From Cyanobacteriota bacterium (GTDB lineage: Bacteria; Cyanobacteriota; Cyanobacteriia; Cyanobacteriales; Nostocaceae): a DNA stretch of 64,000 nucleotides. The notes below the pieces were generated by a model. It did no database searches. It saw only the letters and a program-made list of their open reading frames with translations, and was not told the DNA's origin. Shown one piece after another: positions 32,449 to 44,105 of the stretch. The DNA is taken from positions 60,003 through 124,002 of the forward strand of contig JBJOKS010000016.1 of assembly GCA_046045965.1 (NCBI GenBank). The letters are read 5' to 3'. Each line of letters starts with the position of its first letter. Position 1 is the stretch's first letter. Position numbers and translations under genes: made by a program.

Positions 32449-34248
32449 ATGGCGCTCATTGTTCAGAAATACGGTGGTACATCTGTTGGTTCAGTTGAAC
32501 GTATCCAAGCGGTTGCACAGCGGGTTGATAAAACTGTCAAAGCAGGAAATTCCGTTGTCGTCGTTGTTTCCGCAATGGGAAAAACCACCGATGGATTAGT
32601 TAAACTAGCTAATGAAATCTCTAAAACCCCTAACCGTCGGGAAATGGATATGTTGCTTTCCACTGGGGAGCAAGTTACCATTGCTTTACTGAGTATGGCT
32701 TTGCAGGAAATTGGACAACCTGCTATTTCCATGACTGGCGCTCAAGTGGGAATTGTTACCGAAGCTGAACACACCCGCGCTCGGATTTTGCATATTGAAA
32801 CAGAACGCGTGATGGGGCAGATTAATTTAGGTAAAGTGGTTGTTGTGGCTGGGTTTCAGGGAATTTCTAGCACTAGAGAAATGGAAATTACCACTTTGGG
32901 TCGCGGCGGTTCTGACACTTCAGCGGTGGCTTTAGCAGCAGCTTTGGGGGCAAATTTTTGTGAAATTTATACAGATGTGCCAGGGATTCTAACTACAGAT
33001 CCGCGCCTTGTACCGGAAGCACAGCTAATGACAGAAATTACCTGTGATGAAATGCTGGAATTAGCCAGTTTGGGTGCGAAGGTGTTACATCCCCGTGCGG
33101 TGGAAATTGCCAGAAATTATGGTGTGCCTTTGGTGGTAAGATCCAGTTGGACAGATCAACCGGGAACTTGGGTAACATCGCCAAAGGTTCAAGAACGGGC
33201 GTTAGTCAATTTAGAATTAGCTCGTTCTGTGGATGCGGTAGAATTTGATATAGACCAAGCTAAATTGTCTTTGCTGCGCGTACCAGATAAGCCTGGTGTA
33301 GCTGCTAGGTTATTTGGGGAGATTTCCCATCAAAATGTCGATGTGGATTTGATTATTCAGTCAATTCATGAAGGTAATACTAATGATATTGCTTTTACCG
33401 TAAATACACCAATATTAAAACGGGCGGAAGCTGTAGCATCGGCTATTGCACCAGCTTTGAGAAATCAACCCAACTCAGATGAAGCGGAAGTTTTTGTAGA
33501 AAATGATACAGCTAAGGTGAGTATTTCCGGGGCGGGAATGATTGGCCGTCCTGGGGTGGCTGCTAAAATGTTTGCAACCTTAGCAGAAGCGGGTGTAAAT
33601 ATTCAAATGATTTCTACCAGTGAAGTTAAGGTGAGTTGTTTGGTAGATGCGGGAGATTGCGATCGCGCTATTGCTGCACTTTGCAACGCTTTTGAAATCA
33701 ATGCTTCTCCTGCTGTTCTTTCTTCCCCAACTCCCGAATCTCCCGCAGTGCGGGGTGTTGCTTTAGACATGAATCAAGCGCGGTTAGCTATTCGTCAAGT
33801 TCCCGATCAACCAGGAATGGCGGCGAAATTGTTTGGTTTATTGGCAGAATATAACATCAGTGTGGATATGATTATTCAATCACAACGCTGTCGGGTGGTT
33901 GATGGGGTTGCGCGTCGGGATATTGCTTTTACCGTTGCGCGGATGGATGCAGAAAACGCCCAAAAGAAATTAACCCAAGTTGCGGATCAGTTAGGATGGG
34001 GTGAGGTAGTTTTGGATAATGCGATCGCTAAAGTAAGTATAGTTGGTTCGGGAATGGTTGGACAACCAGGAATAGCAGCGAAAATGTTTACAGCTTTAGC
34101 GGAAAATAAAATCAATATTCAAATGATTGCAACTTCAGAAATTAAAATTAGTTGTGTCGTGGGACAAGATGAAGGTGTGAAAGCTTTGCAAGTTATTCAT
34201 GCAGCTTTTGGTTTAGCTGGAAGTGAAAAATTTGTAGTACCAGCATGA
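32449..34248 (+). CDS. lysC: Aspartate kinase (cyanobacterial four-ACT type)
   Basis: [23 protein letters not shown], repeated ACT domains. Confidence 0.95.
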   Translation: MALIVQKYGGTSVGSVERIQAVAQRVDKTVKAGNSVVVVVSAMGKTTDGLVKLANEISKTPNRREMDMLLSTGEQVTIALLSMALQEIGQPAISMTGAQVGIVTEAEHTRARILHIETERVMGQINLGKVVVVAGFQGISSTREMEITTLGRGGSDTSAVALAAALGANFCEIYTDVPGILTTDPRLVPEAQLMTEITCDEMLELASLGAKVLHPRAVEIARNYGVPLVVRSSWTDQPGTWVTSPKVQERALVNLELARSVDAVEFDIDQAKLSLLRVPDKPGVAARLFGEISHQNVDVDLIIQSIHEGNTNDIAFTVNTPILKRAEAVASAIAPALRNQPNSDEAEVFVENDTAKVSISGAGMIGRPGVAAKMFATLAEAGVNIQMISTSEVKVSCLVDAGDCDRAIAALCNAFEINASPAVLSSPTPESPAVRGVALDMNQARLAIRQVPDQPGMAAKLFGLLAEYNISVDMIIQSQRCRVVDGVARRDIAFTVARMDAENAQKKLTQVADQLGWGEVVLDNAIAKVSIVGSGMVGQPGIAAKMFTALAENKINIQMIATSEIKISCVVGQDEGVKALQVIHAAFGLAGSEKFVVPA

Positions 34249-34574
34249 AAATAGCAAACCTTGTCTTTATCTTAATAGCTGCACTGGGAGAAATTGCAGG
34301 TTGTTTTAGTTTTTGGGCATGGTTAAGATTAGGAAAAAGCATTTTTTGGATTATTCCCGGAATTTGTGCTTTAATAATCTTTGCCATTGCCTTAACTAAA
34401 GTTGATCTGCCTAACGCTGCTAGGGTGTATGCTGCTTATGGGGGAATTTATTTACTTTCATCTTTGTTGTGGTTATGGTTAGTTGAAGGTGTACAACCAA
34501 ATAAATGGGATTTTTTGGGGGTGGGAATTTCTCTTTTGGGAACAGTTGTGATTTTGTTGGGTTCACATCGGTGA
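34245..34574 (+). CDS. YnfA/UPF0060 small membrane protein
   Basis: [21 protein letters not shown]. Confidence 0.9.
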   Translation: MKIANLVFILIAALGEIAGCFSFWAWLRLGKSIFWIIPGICALIIFAIALTKVDLPNAARVYAAYGGIYLLSSLLWLWLVEGVQPNKWDFLGVGISLLGTVVILLGSHR

Positions 34575-34608
34575 AATTCTAGTAATATTAATTATACTCA
34601 CAGCAATT

Positions 34609-35916
34609 ATGAATAAACAGTTAGAATTGCCGTTTATAGAGATGGTATCTCCTCAAAAACCAGCGTTGATGTCTCAATCTTTTGATCATTCATCTACCTT
34701 TATAGATAATATGAAATTGCCAGTTCATCGCTGGTTCAGATTTAGTGCAGGTTTTTCTGCTCAATGGGTAGAAAATATCATAACTCAAGCAAAAGAACAA
34801 GGAGAAGTCACAGTTTTAGATCCATTTGCGGGTTCTGGTACAACCTTAATTGCATCTGAAAAATTGGGAGTTGAATGTTTAGGAATCGAAGCTCATCCTT
34901 TTGTTGTGCGTATAGCCAGAGCTAAACTTTTATATAAAACTGATGCTGATACTTATATTGAAAATATAAAAAAGGTGATGGAATATGCAGCTAACTTACA
35001 GCCTAATATAGATGAATACCCAAAATTGATTCATGATTGTTTTAGTATATCTTCACTAGAATCTCTTGATAAATTACGACAAGCCTGTGAAAATACCTCG
35101 GATAACTCACATCAATCTCAATTAGTTTGGTTAACGCTTGTAGCTATTTTGCGTCATGTTTCTCATGCTGGGACCGCACCTTGGCAATACATTTTACCAA
35201 ACAGAAAGAAACAATCACCTCTAGAACCAATATCAGCTTTTCAGTTAATGGCGGAAAATATAGCTACAGATATGAGAATTGCTAAAGAAACAGTAACTTC
35301 ATCTGCTAAACTGATTCAGTCAGATGCTAGAACTTGCCAAGGTATTCCTGATAATTTTGCCAATTTAGTAATCACATCACCACCTTATGCTAATAACTAT
35401 GACTATGCAGATGCTACACGACTAGAAATGTCTTTTATGAAAGAAATTCAAGGGTGGGGTGATTTACAAAATACAGTCAGAAAATATTTAATTCGTTCAT
35501 GTTCACAGCAAGTCACAAGTAAGAATGTAAATCTCAATGAAATTCTATCATCTCCAGAACTAGAACCAATTAGAAATAATATTATTGCAATCTTTCAGGA
35601 GCTATCCCAAGAGAGACATCTACATGGAGGAAAGAAAAATTATCATCTGATGATTGCTTGTTACTTTTTCGATATGGCTAAAGTTTGGATAGCACTGCGT
35701 CGAGTCTGCAAAAGTCCGTCAAAAGTTTGCTTTGTAATTGGTGATTCTGCACCCTATGGTATTTATGTTCCAGTAATTGAATGGATGGGTTTATTAGCAA
35801 AAGCAGCAGGTTTTGAATCCTACGAGTTTGATAAAATTCGTGATCGGAATGTGAAGTGGAAAAACCGCAAACACAGAGTTCCTCTGTGTGAAGGATTTTT
35901 ATGGGTTAATGGATAA
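34609..35916 (+). CDS. Amino (probably N4-cytosine) DNA methyltransferase, alpha motif order
   Basis: HRWFRFSAGFS, DPFAGSGTT (motif I) precedes TSPPY (motif IV). Confidence 0.88.
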   Translation: MNKQLELPFIEMVSPQKPALMSQSFDHSSTFIDNMKLPVHRWFRFSAGFSAQWVENIITQAKEQGEVTVLDPFAGSGTTLIASEKLGVECLGIEAHPFVVRIARAKLLYKTDADTYIENIKKVMEYAANLQPNIDEYPKLIHDCFSISSLESLDKLRQACENTSDNSHQSQLVWLTLVAILRHVSHAGTAPWQYILPNRKKQSPLEPISAFQLMAENIATDMRIAKETVTSSAKLIQSDARTCQGIPDNFANLVITSPPYANNYDYADATRLEMSFMKEIQGWGDLQNTVRKYLIRSCSQQVTSKNVNLNEILSSPELEPIRNNIIAIFQELSQERHLHGGKKNYHLMIACYFFDMAKVWIALRRVCKSPSKVCFVIGDSAPYGIYVPVIEWMGLLAKAAGFESYEFDKIRDRNVKWKNRKHRVPLCEGFLWVNG

Positions 35917-35936
35917 AATAATAACATTTAAATGTA

Positions 35937-36800
35937 ATGGCAGAATCATTTTCACATAAATGGGGTCAGATTATTGGGAATTTAATTCAAGAGTTTATTC
36001 GTGAAAGACTTCAGGAAGTAGCAGATAAACATGATTTTTATTTGGACTATCAGAAGAAACGTAAAGCACGAATTAGTAAAAAAGTATCATGGCAGGATCG
36101 CTATGGTAACTATCATGATCTTGATTATGTAATGGAAAGAGGAGGGACAGAAGAGACTCTTGGTCTTCCAGTAGCATTTCTGGAAACTGCATGGCGACGT
36201 TATACCAAACATTCTAGAAATAAGGTGCAAGAAATTGAAGGTGCGCTGATTCCTTTGACAGATACATATAGTCAACTTAATCCCTTTTTAGGTGCTATTT
36301 TAGCAGGTGTATTTACTCAAGGCTCGCTTAAACAATTAGAATCTAAAGGCTTTAAAATTCTTTATCTTGAGTATGACAATATAGTCAAATCGTTTGCATC
36401 TGTTGGTATAAATGCAGCTTTTAATGAAAGTACGCCAGAAGTAGAGTTTCAAAATAAAATTGTTGAGTGGAATAATTTATCAGCAGAAAATATTGCTCAA
36501 ATTAAAAATCAATTACTCAGCTTAGAAAAATCCCACATAGATCAATTTATTAATTCCTTAGAACAGTCATTTACTAGACAAGTTCAAAAAATAAATATTA
36601 TTGTCCTTCATGGATTATCTCAACAAGCTGCTAATATAGAGAATGCTATTGAATATATCCAGAATTATCCAGATAACCAACCTACACTTGCACCACCATT
36701 AAAGTATGAAATTGACATTGGTTATAATAACGGTGATTTAATTCACGCTATCTTTCAAAATAAAACTGAAGCAATTAAATTTCTGCGAACCTTTGTTTAA
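35937..36800 (+). CDS. Putative type II restriction endonuclease
   Basis: Starts 20 bp after the MTase; E...DLD...FLETAW resembles a PD-(D/E)XK variant. Confidence 0.55.
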   Translation: MAESFSHKWGQIIGNLIQEFIRERLQEVADKHDFYLDYQKKRKARISKKVSWQDRYGNYHDLDYVMERGGTEETLGLPVAFLETAWRRYTKHSRNKVQEIEGALIPLTDTYSQLNPFLGAILAGVFTQGSLKQLESKGFKILYLEYDNIVKSFASVGINAAFNESTPEVEFQNKIVEWNNLSAENIAQIKNQLLSLEKSHIDQFINSLEQSFTRQVQKINIIVLHGLSQQAANIENAIEYIQNYPDNQPTLAPPLKYEIDIGYNNGDLIHAIFQNKTEAIKFLRTFV

Positions 36801-36840
36801 TAGGTTGAAGAAGTAGGTTGTGCAACAGTTGAAAGAATTA

Positions 36841-37440
36841 CTAACTATGAATTCGCGGTTCTGGGTGTAAAGTTGCTAAGATTTCACTTTCTACAATTGC
36901 TAATTCATCAAGTCTTTGCATCACCATTTCCCTATCAAAATAGGTATCTGCTAAAACCCAATAAGTACCAAAATGTCGCGCTTCTGATGACATTAAACCA
37001 CGATAAAATTTAGCTAATTCGGGTTCTGGACAGTTCGCTGCTAAAAGTCCTAAACGTTCGTGACTGCGTGCTTCAATTAAACCAGTAACTAATAAATTAT
37101 CTAAAAATTGCTCTGGTTCTTTTTTTCTGACTTGTGCTTTTAAACTTGAACCATAGGGAGGTGCTGAGAGGGGTGCAAGGGGAATATTTCGACGTTCTAA
37201 CCATTGGTTGACGAGTTCAAAATGTTCTAATTCTTCACGAGCGATCGCTGTTAACTCTCGTACCATTTTAGTATTAGAAGGGTAACGAAACATAAAATTT
37301 AAGGCTACACCTGCGGCTTTACGTTCACAGTGGGAATGGTCAAGTAAAATAATATCTAAATTTGCGATCGCTTGTTCTACCCAAGCATCACTGGTAGGTT
37401 GTTTGAGAGCGTTGATAGTTGGTAATGGTGAACTTAGCAC
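36841..37440 (-). CDS. miaE: tRNA-(ms2io6A) hydroxylase
   Basis: DHSHCERKAA, EELEHF, IEARSHERL, SEARHF di-iron motifs. Confidence 0.92.
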   Translation of the reverse strand: MLSSPLPTINALKQPTSDAWVEQAIANLDIILLDHSHCERKAAGVALNFMFRYPSNTKMVRELTAIAREELEHFELVNQWLERRNIPLAPLSAPPYGSSLKAQVRKKEPEQFLDNLLVTGLIEARSHERLGLLAANCPEPELAKFYRGLMSSEARHFGTYWVLADTYFDREMVMQRLDELAIVESEILATLHPEPRIHS

Positions 37441-37502
37441 AATTGGTAATGGGTAATTGGTAATGGGTAATTGGTAAGAAAATTCTACCTATTCTATTGT
37501 AC

Positions 37503-38273
37503 CTAAATCCGATTTACTAAAGTTGCACTAGCTTGATCAACTGGCATTAATATCACTTCATTAATATTAACGTGAGCCGGTCTAGTAGCACAGAAAAATA
37601 CTACATCAGCGACATCATCAGCAGTGAGGGGTTGCATTCCTTGATAAACTTTTTTCGCTCGTTCTGTATCTCCGTGAAACCGCACTTCACTAAATTCTGT
37701 TTCTACCATTCCCGGATCAACAGATGTTACCCGCACAGGAGTACCCAGCAAATCTAATTTTAATCCTTCGGAAATAGCTTTAACTGCGGCTTTTGTGCCA
37801 CAATAAACGTTACCACCGGGATAAGTTTGATGTCCCGCAATAGAACCAATGTTAATTACATGACCTCTATTCCGTTGCACCATACCAGGAACTACGTAGC
37901 GGGTGAGGTAGAGTAAACCTTTGATATTAGTATCTATCATTTCTTCCCAGTCTTGAAAGTCGCCTTCATATAATTTATCCAAACCGCGACTTAAACCAGC
38001 GTTGTTAATGAGAATATCAATTTCTGACCATTCGGGGGGTAAATTATTTATAGCAGATTCGACGGATGAGCGATCGCACACATCCAATTGGAGTAAATGA
38101 GTTTCTACACCATATAATTTATTCAGTTCCCGTGCTTTTTCTTCCAACTTTTCTAAGCGTCGCGCTGCTAAAATCAATTTTGCATTCTGACTAGCGAAGA
38201 CTTTAGCGCAAGCAGCACCAATTCCGCTACTTGCACCGGTGATTAATATAGTTTGGGTGTTGAGAGCAATCAT
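37503..38273 (-). CDS. SDR oxidoreductase (YdfG-like)
   Basis: ITGASSGIG, NNAG, YCGTK, PGMVETEFS. Confidence 0.9.
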   Translation of the reverse strand: MIALNTQTILITGASSGIGAACAKVFASQNAKLILAARRLEKLEEKARELNKLYGVETHLLQLDVCDRSSVESAINNLPPEWSEIDILINNAGLSRGLDKLYEGDFQDWEEMIDTNIKGLLYLTRYVVPGMVQRNRGHVINIGSIAGHQTYPGGNVYCGTKAAVKAISEGLKLDLLGTPVRVTSVDPGMVETEFSEVRFHGDTERAKKVYQGMQPLTADDVADVVFFCATRPAHVNINEVILMPVDQASATLVNRI

Positions 38274-38276
38274 TTT

Positions 38277-38759
38277 TCACTCCTCAAAAATACTATCAAA
38301 AATTTCTCGCTTTACCCTAAAATTCACATCCCTGATTTGTTGGTACAATATATCTAAATCAACAATATTAATTTTACCATCTAGCTGTAATTTACGAATC
38401 ACTGCTAAAGTTCCTTTAACATTTAATCCTAATCTGATTGCTTCTTTTCTAGCCGCAAAGTCATCTAAAATAATATAATCTGGTTGTAATTCTACACCTA
38501 ACGTAATCGCTTGAGATTCTCCTATTCCTAAACGCTCATTTAACCGATTAGCTAAAGAAACTAATTGTACTTTTTGAACTACTAACTTAGTATCAGCGAT
38601 TAGTTTATTAATATGTAAAGATGATTGATCTTGTTTATCACTAATTTCTTCTTGTACACTTTCTGGTAATAAGAATTAAGATTCGGTTGTTAGGAATAAA
38701 TCTAGGAAATTTAACCGAGAGAGGAAAATTAAAGGGGAAGAGTTAAATACTATTTTCAT
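38277..38759 (-). pseudogene. DUF3368-type PIN toxin with in-frame stop
   Basis: MKIVFNSSPLIFL...TTES*FLLPESVQEE...GESQAITL...LDDFAARKEA...GTL; TAA at 38676-38678 (codon 28), otherwise an open 161-codon frame. Confidence 0.85.
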
Positions 38760-38764
38760 GATAC

Positions 38765-39004
38765 TTACCAGTTTTTTTCTCTAGCGATATCTTCAACGGT
38801 AAGATATGAAAAATCTATTCCCATTAATTCCAAAACTTTCAGAAATATTTCTGTATCCATTTCCATAATTTCGGCTGCTTTATGTAAACTAATTAACCGC
38901 GATGTTAAAGCACCGAGTACAAATATAAATGTTTCTTTTTGTTCTATACTCTGGAATAATTGCACTTGAGAAGCAATTTCTTTAAAGGTAGTTTGGTGAT
39001 TCAT
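38765..39004 (-). CDS. UPF0175-like antitoxin
   Basis: ISLHKAAEIMEM...FL..L...GI motif; 5 bp upstream of the DUF3368 gene. Confidence 0.75.
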   Translation of the reverse strand: MNHQTTFKEIASQVQLFQSIEQKETFIFVLGALTSRLISLHKAAEIMEMDTEIFLKVLELMGIDFSYLTVEDIAREKNW

Positions 39005-39086
39005 TTATTTGATACTGGTTAATGGATTAAGTCTATTTTTACAATTATATCAAACGGTAAGGCGATATCTACAAATTGTGTATACA

Positions 39087-39818
39087 CTAACTATTGTCAC
39101 TATTTTGTACATTGCTCTGTAAATATTCTTTATTTGATATATAAGTTTCTATATTTTTTAATATTTCTATTAAATAACAAATAACTCTTTTTTGAATTTT
39201 CAATAATTCATCAGCGGTAGCATCTTTACCAACTTCTTCAAATGTCTTAAAACCATGTGCTAAATCATTTCTATTAGTTTTAATTGTTAGTAAATCGTTT
39301 CCACGTCTAGTTTTATCTTTATTTGTGGTGGAGGAAAAACCATATATGTTTGCTATTTCTTCTATTTTTTTTGAATCTACATTACCTGAAAACAATCTAT
39401 TTTTATTCTCTTTTTTAACAAGAGCATCAAAAGTAACTGATACAATATCAACTGAAATATTTCTGAGACCTAATAAAAGATCATTTTCGGTTTGGATATT
39501 TTCATTTCTTAAATTATTAATAACAATCTTTTTAATTTCTTCCCTCACATCATCAAAAGAAACTCTTTGAGTTTTTAATTCATCAAAAATTGCTTCAATT
39601 GCATTACGCATCGTAGCTTCAACCAGGTTATATAGCAATAAAAATCCTGTTGCTTTAAGAGTTTTTTCTAAATCGTTATTGATGGGCTTGATTTTTGTAT
39701 TGCTTCCATTTCCTATACTTAATTGAATTGAACCTTGCTCTAAATTTTTCAAGAATATAAAATATCGTCTTACTTCTTGAGCGCGTTTATCAAAATCTTC
39801 AAATAATGTACTTCTCAT
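39087..39818 (-). CDS. MAE_28990/MAE_18760-like HEPN nuclease
   Basis: LKATGFLLLYNLVE, FSGNVD, RNDLAHG (R-x4-H HEPN motif). Confidence 0.85.
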   Translation of the reverse strand: MRSTLFEDFDKRAQEVRRYFIFLKNLEQGSIQLSIGNGSNTKIKPINNDLEKTLKATGFLLLYNLVEATMRNAIEAIFDELKTQRVSFDDVREEIKKIVINNLRNENIQTENDLLLGLRNISVDIVSVTFDALVKKENKNRLFSGNVDSKKIEEIANIYGFSSTTNKDKTRRGNDLLTIKTNRNDLAHGFKTFEEVGKDATADELLKIQKRVICYLIEILKNIETYISNKEYLQSNVQNSDNS

Positions 39819-40921
39819 GAATTACCTAAAAGCTGATCACGAACATATTCAATACGACGAATGACTTTATTTTGAGAACTACTAGCATCAGATTTAGTTA
39901 ATTTTTTAAAATCATCAGAATCTAAAAAAGCAGTAGATTTTGGCACTAAACTGGGATTTTCTCTTAACGCCAAAGCAATACCTACTGTAATAGATTCAAA
40001 CTTAATTCTAGTTGTAGGTTCATGGCAATTCTTAGTTTTTCGATAAATATGTAAAGAATTGGGAATATACTTTTCTATAAATGCTAACATTGAATAAAAT
40101 TCATTTCTCATAGTATTGATTTTCACCAAGTCTGATTTATTCTCTTCTTTTAAATATTCATCCAAGAACTCATGAACTTTGTTTTCAAAATCGCCGTAAT
40201 TTTGATAATTATTTAGAAATGCAAAAAACCTGAGTACAAATTCTTCGTGATCTTTCCGACTAATCTGAGTTGGAGTAAAATCACATAAATTTATAAATTT
40301 TTGCTCATTTGATAAATTTTGAATTAAATCAAGACATTTTCCTGGATAACTTCCCCTGCGTTTCTCCATTTCGTTTAATTCAACAACACCAGTATTAATT
40401 CTTTCAAAAAGATCCCTTCTAATTTCTTCATCTGCATCTTCTGTTAATTGAATCATTCTAATAGTAGTTCTATTAAAACGCCTTTGACGCGGTAGTGGTA
40501 AATCTTGAAAAGTAAACCCATTAAGATTTTCTAATTTTTTAAGATTTTGTAATTTAAGTTTATTTTGAATAAAGTTAGCTAACGTGCGAATACGTTGTGT
40601 ACCATCTATAATTTCTAAGCGAGCTAAATCTTCCGAACCTGATATATCCGCTACAAAAATATAAGGTATTGGTAAACCTAACATTACAGATTCTATAAAT
40701 TTTGATTGTTTATCTTCATCCCAAGCCATTTCTCTTTGATAGTCTGGAATAAACAGTTCATTCTCACCTTCATTTTCTCCATCTAAATATTTTTGAACAA
40801 TTATTTCAATAGGATATTCTAAGGTGTTGTAGTCAACACGCTTTGTTTTTTCACGTATTTCTTGTTCCGCATTTTCTTTGCGTTGATTTGTAATTTCTAG
40901 TTGAGTGACCATATTTGACAA
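39815..40921 (-). CDS. DUF262 (ParB-like/GmrS) domain protein
   Basis: IPDYQRE..W, FIES...GLPIP, IIDGTQR, LFERINTG. Confidence 0.9.
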   Translation of the reverse strand: MSNMVTQLEITNQRKENAEQEIREKTKRVDYNTLEYPIEIIVQKYLDGENEGENELFIPDYQREMAWDEDKQSKFIESVMLGLPIPYIFVADISGSEDLARLEIIDGTQRIRTLANFIQNKLKLQNLKKLENLNGFTFQDLPLPRQRRFNRTTIRMIQLTEDADEEIRRDLFERINTGVVELNEMEKRRGSYPGKCLDLIQNLSNEQKFINLCDFTPTQISRKDHEEFVLRFFAFLNNYQNYGDFENKVHEFLDEYLKEENKSDLVKINTMRNEFYSMLAFIEKYIPNSLHIYRKTKNCHEPTTRIKFESITVGIALALRENPSLVPKSTAFLDSDDFKKLTKSDASSSQNKVIRRIEYVRDQLLGNS

Positions 40922-41083
40922 TTTAATTTTGTTAATGTTTACAATTAGGTTTTTTTGATTGAGTGAATTATTTATATTTTACCACTGAAATAGGTGAATT
41001 TAGCTAGAGTAAGAAATCTTAATAATTGAATATGAACGTCTTAAAATCAAGGTGAGTCCTATCCAGACCCACCCTAACCTACA

Positions 41084-43714
41084 TTATACCAAAGCCGCCT
41101 GTTCCTCCTTACTAATCACCCTACCCTCATCCTCAAAACCAACAATTTGATCAAAATTCAAATACCGATACAAATTATCAGCAAAAGGATGGATTTTCTC
41201 ACCCACAATATCCAAATATTCCTGCACATTAGGAAGTCTTCCCAACAACGCACAAACCGCCGCTAATTCTGCCGATCCTAAATACACTTGTGCGCCATTT
41301 CCCATGCGATTATTAAAGTTACGAGTAGAGGTAGAAAACACAGTTGTATTATCTTCCACTCGCGCCTGATTTCCCATACACAAACTGCATCCAGGAATCT
41401 CAGTTCTCGCTTTTGCACCTACGAAAACATCATACACACCTTCTACTTTTAATTGGTGTTCATCCATTCTTGTAGGTGGTGCGATCCATAACCGCGCTTT
41501 TACCTCACCTGCACCTTCTAAAACCTTCGCAGTTGCCCGATAATGTCCGATATTTGTCATACAAGAACCAACAAAAACTTCTTGTACTGGATCATTAGCA
41601 ACTTCCGATAATAACTTAACATTATCTGGGTCATTGGGAGCAGCTACAATTGGTTCTTTGATCTCATTCAAATCAATTTCAATTATTTCTGCATATTCCG
41701 CATCTGCATCACCAGATAATAACACTGGGTTGGCTAACCATTCTTCCATTTTTGCCACCCTTCTCATGATGGTTCGCGCATCAGCATATCCCCGTGCTAC
41801 CATATTTTTTAACAGGGCAATATTTGACCGCAAATATTCGGCAATGGTTTCTTCACTCAATTTAATTGTACATCCAGCACAAGAACGTTCTGCGGAAGCA
41901 TCTGTTAATTCAAAAGCTTGTTCTACTTTTAAATTAGGTAATCCTTCAATTTCCATAATTCGTCCAGAAAAGACATTTTTCTTGTTCTTTTTCTCGACGG
42001 TTAACAAACCTTTTTGGATAGCAACATAAGGAATAGCGTTAACAATATCTCTCAAAGTTATTCCTGGTTGCAATTCTCCTTTAAATCTTACCAAAACTGA
42101 TTCTGGCATATCTAAAGGCATCACACCCAATGCACCCGCAAACGCAACTAACCCAGAACCCGCAGGAAAGGATATTCCCAAGGGGAAGCGGGTGTGAGAG
42201 TCTCCACCTGTTCCCACGGTGTCGGGTAACAACATCCGGTTTAACCAGGAGTGAATGATACCATCACCAGGACGCAACGCTACACCACCACGAGAGGAAA
42301 TGAAGTCGGGAAGTTCTTGATGGGTTTTAATATCCACTGGTTTGGGATATGCTGCGGTATGGCAGAAACTCTGCATTACTAAGTCTGCACTGAAACCTAA
42401 ACAAGCGAGTTCTTTTAACTCGTCTCTAGTCATGGGTCCTGTGGTGTCCTGAGAACCCACTGTAGTCATGATTGGGTCGCAAGATGTTCCCGGACGTACA
42501 CCGGGCAATCCGCAAGCCTTCCCGACCATTTTTTGCGCCAATGAGAAGCCTTTTCCGGTGTCTGCTGGTTGTTGAGGACGGATAAATAAATTACTGGGTG
42601 CTAAACCTAACGCTTGACGGGTTTTGTCGGTGAGGGTACGTCCAATTAATAAGGGTATGCGTCCACCGGCGCGAACTTCGTCTAAAATGGTGTCAGGTTT
42701 AAGGCTGAAGGTGGAAATAACTTCTCCCGCTTCGTTGGTAATTTCACCTTTGTAGGGATAAATGGTGATCACGTCACCGGTTTCCATTTTGGTGACATCG
42801 CATTGTATGGGTAATGCACCTGCATCTTCAGCAGTGTTAAAAAAGATAGGTGCGATCGCCCCACCTAAAACATAACCCCCTGAACGTTTGTTGGGAACAA
42901 AGGGAATATCATTACCTAAATGCCATAATACAGAATTGATTGCAGACTTACGAGATGAACCTGTACCCACAACATCACCGACGTAAGCAACAGGATGTCC
43001 TTTTTTCTTCAAGTCTGCAATGGTTTCTAAACTTCCCGGTTGACGGGTTTCTAACATTGCTAAAGCGTGAAGGGGAATATCAGGACGGGTGGTAGCGTGG
43101 GTTGCGGGTGATAAGTCGTCTGTGTTGGTTTCTCCGGGAACTTTGAAAACTGTAACGGTGATAGCTTCAGGTAAAGTGGGACGAGAGGTAAACCATTCTG
43201 CTTCTGCCCAAGAGTCTACCACTTTTTTAGCGTAGGGGTTGGTTTTTGATAGTTCTAAAACATCATGAAACGCATCATAAACTAACAGAATTTTGCTGAG
43301 TGCAGTTGCAGCATAAGCAGCGATGGGTTCTTTACCTTGGCCACCCATGACTAAGGGTGCTTCTGAATTTTCTGAATTAGCATTAACAGAAACTTGTAGT
43401 AAATCAATCAATGATTGTACATTGTAACCGCCTACCATTGTTCCTAGTAATTCTACTGCATCTATGGGAGAAACTAGGGGACTGGTTATTTCTCCTTTGG
43501 CAATAGCTGTGAGAAAACCAGCTTTTACATAAGCTGCTTGATCAACTCCAGGGGGTATGCGATCGCGTAATAAATTTAATAATACCTCTTCTTCGCCTTT
43601 AGGTGGATTTTTCAGTAATTCACATAATGCTGATGTTTGTTGTGCATCTAAAGGTAGGGGGGGAATACCTAATTGGGCGCGTTCTTGGGTATGTTGTTGA
43701 TATTCTGCTAACAT
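41084..43714 (-). CDS. acnB: Aconitate hydratase B
   Basis: [41 protein letters not shown]. Confidence 0.97.
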   Translation of the reverse strand: MLAEYQQHTQERAQLGIPPLPLDAQQTSALCELLKNPPKGEEEVLLNLLRDRIPPGVDQAAYVKAGFLTAIAKGEITSPLVSPIDAVELLGTMVGGYNVQSLIDLLQVSVNANSENSEAPLVMGGQGKEPIAAYAATALSKILLVYDAFHDVLELSKTNPYAKKVVDSWAEAEWFTSRPTLPEAITVTVFKVPGETNTDDLSPATHATTRPDIPLHALAMLETRQPGSLETIADLKKKGHPVAYVGDVVGTGSSRKSAINSVLWHLGNDIPFVPNKRSGGYVLGGAIAPIFFNTAEDAGALPIQCDVTKMETGDVITIYPYKGEITNEAGEVISTFSLKPDTILDEVRAGGRIPLLIGRTLTDKTRQALGLAPSNLFIRPQQPADTGKGFSLAQKMVGKACGLPGVRPGTSCDPIMTTVGSQDTTGPMTRDELKELACLGFSADLVMQSFCHTAAYPKPVDIKTHQELPDFISSRGGVALRPGDGIIHSWLNRMLLPDTVGTGGDSHTRFPLGISFPAGSGLVAFAGALGVMPLDMPESVLVRFKGELQPGITLRDIVNAIPYVAIQKGLLTVEKKNKKNVFSGRIMEIEGLPNLKVEQAFELTDASAERSCAGCTIKLSEETIAEYLRSNIALLKNMVARGYADARTIMRRVAKMEEWLANPVLLSGDADAEYAEIIEIDLNEIKEPIVAAPNDPDNVKLLSEVANDPVQEVFVGSCMTNIGHYRATAKVLEGAGEVKARLWIAPPTRMDEHQLKVEGVYDVFVGAKARTEIPGCSLCMGNQARVEDNTTVFSTSTRNFNNRMGNGAQVYLGSAELAAVCALLGRLPNVQEYLDIVGEKIHPFADNLYRYLNFDQIVGFEDEGRVISKEEQAALV

Positions 43715-43756
43715 GATTTAGCTTTTCTCCTGCTTTGTCTTGTTTTCTTTATTTTA

Positions 43757-43851
43757 TTGTAAAGGAATTGTTACAGGAGTTACGAATGGACGGAATTGAT
43801 TATCAAGAACAGTTTATAGTTTATAATCTGAACAGTAAAGTTTACATTAGG
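43757..43851 (+). repeat. 95-bp imperfect direct repeat, copy 1 (leader of TA pair)
   Basis: TTGTAAAGGAATT...AGTTTATAGTTTAT...AAAGTTTACATTAGG. Confidence 0.8.
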
Positions 43852-43880
43852 TAAGTAATAATGTTTATCAGGAGTTAATT

Positions 43881-44105
43881 ATGTCATACAAAAATATTAT
43901 TACCATAGAACCTGGAAAGAGAAGCGGAAAACCTTGTATTAGGGGTATGAGAATTACTGTTTATGATGTTCTTTCCTATTTAGCATCAGGAATGACTTTT
44001 GAAGAAATATTAGCTGATTTTCCTTATTTAACTAAAGAAGATATTTTAGCCTGTTTAAGTTATGCAGCAGATCGTGAACGTCAAACCATTTTAGTTAATT
44101 CATGA
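43881..44105 (+). CDS. DUF433 antitoxin
   Basis: PGKRSGKPCIRGMRITVYDVL. Confidence 0.92.
   Translation: MSYKNIITIEPGKRSGKPCIRGMRITVYDVLSYLASGMTFEEILADFPYLTKEDILACLSYAADRERQTILVNS

Noticed and set aside
41634..42029. Antisense and overlapping short ORFs in the track (e.g. 41634-42029, 12128-12502, 38239-38478, 49073-49411, 63527-63763)
   Set aside because: They lie opposite or within well-supported genes or pseudogenes and show no recognisable motifs.
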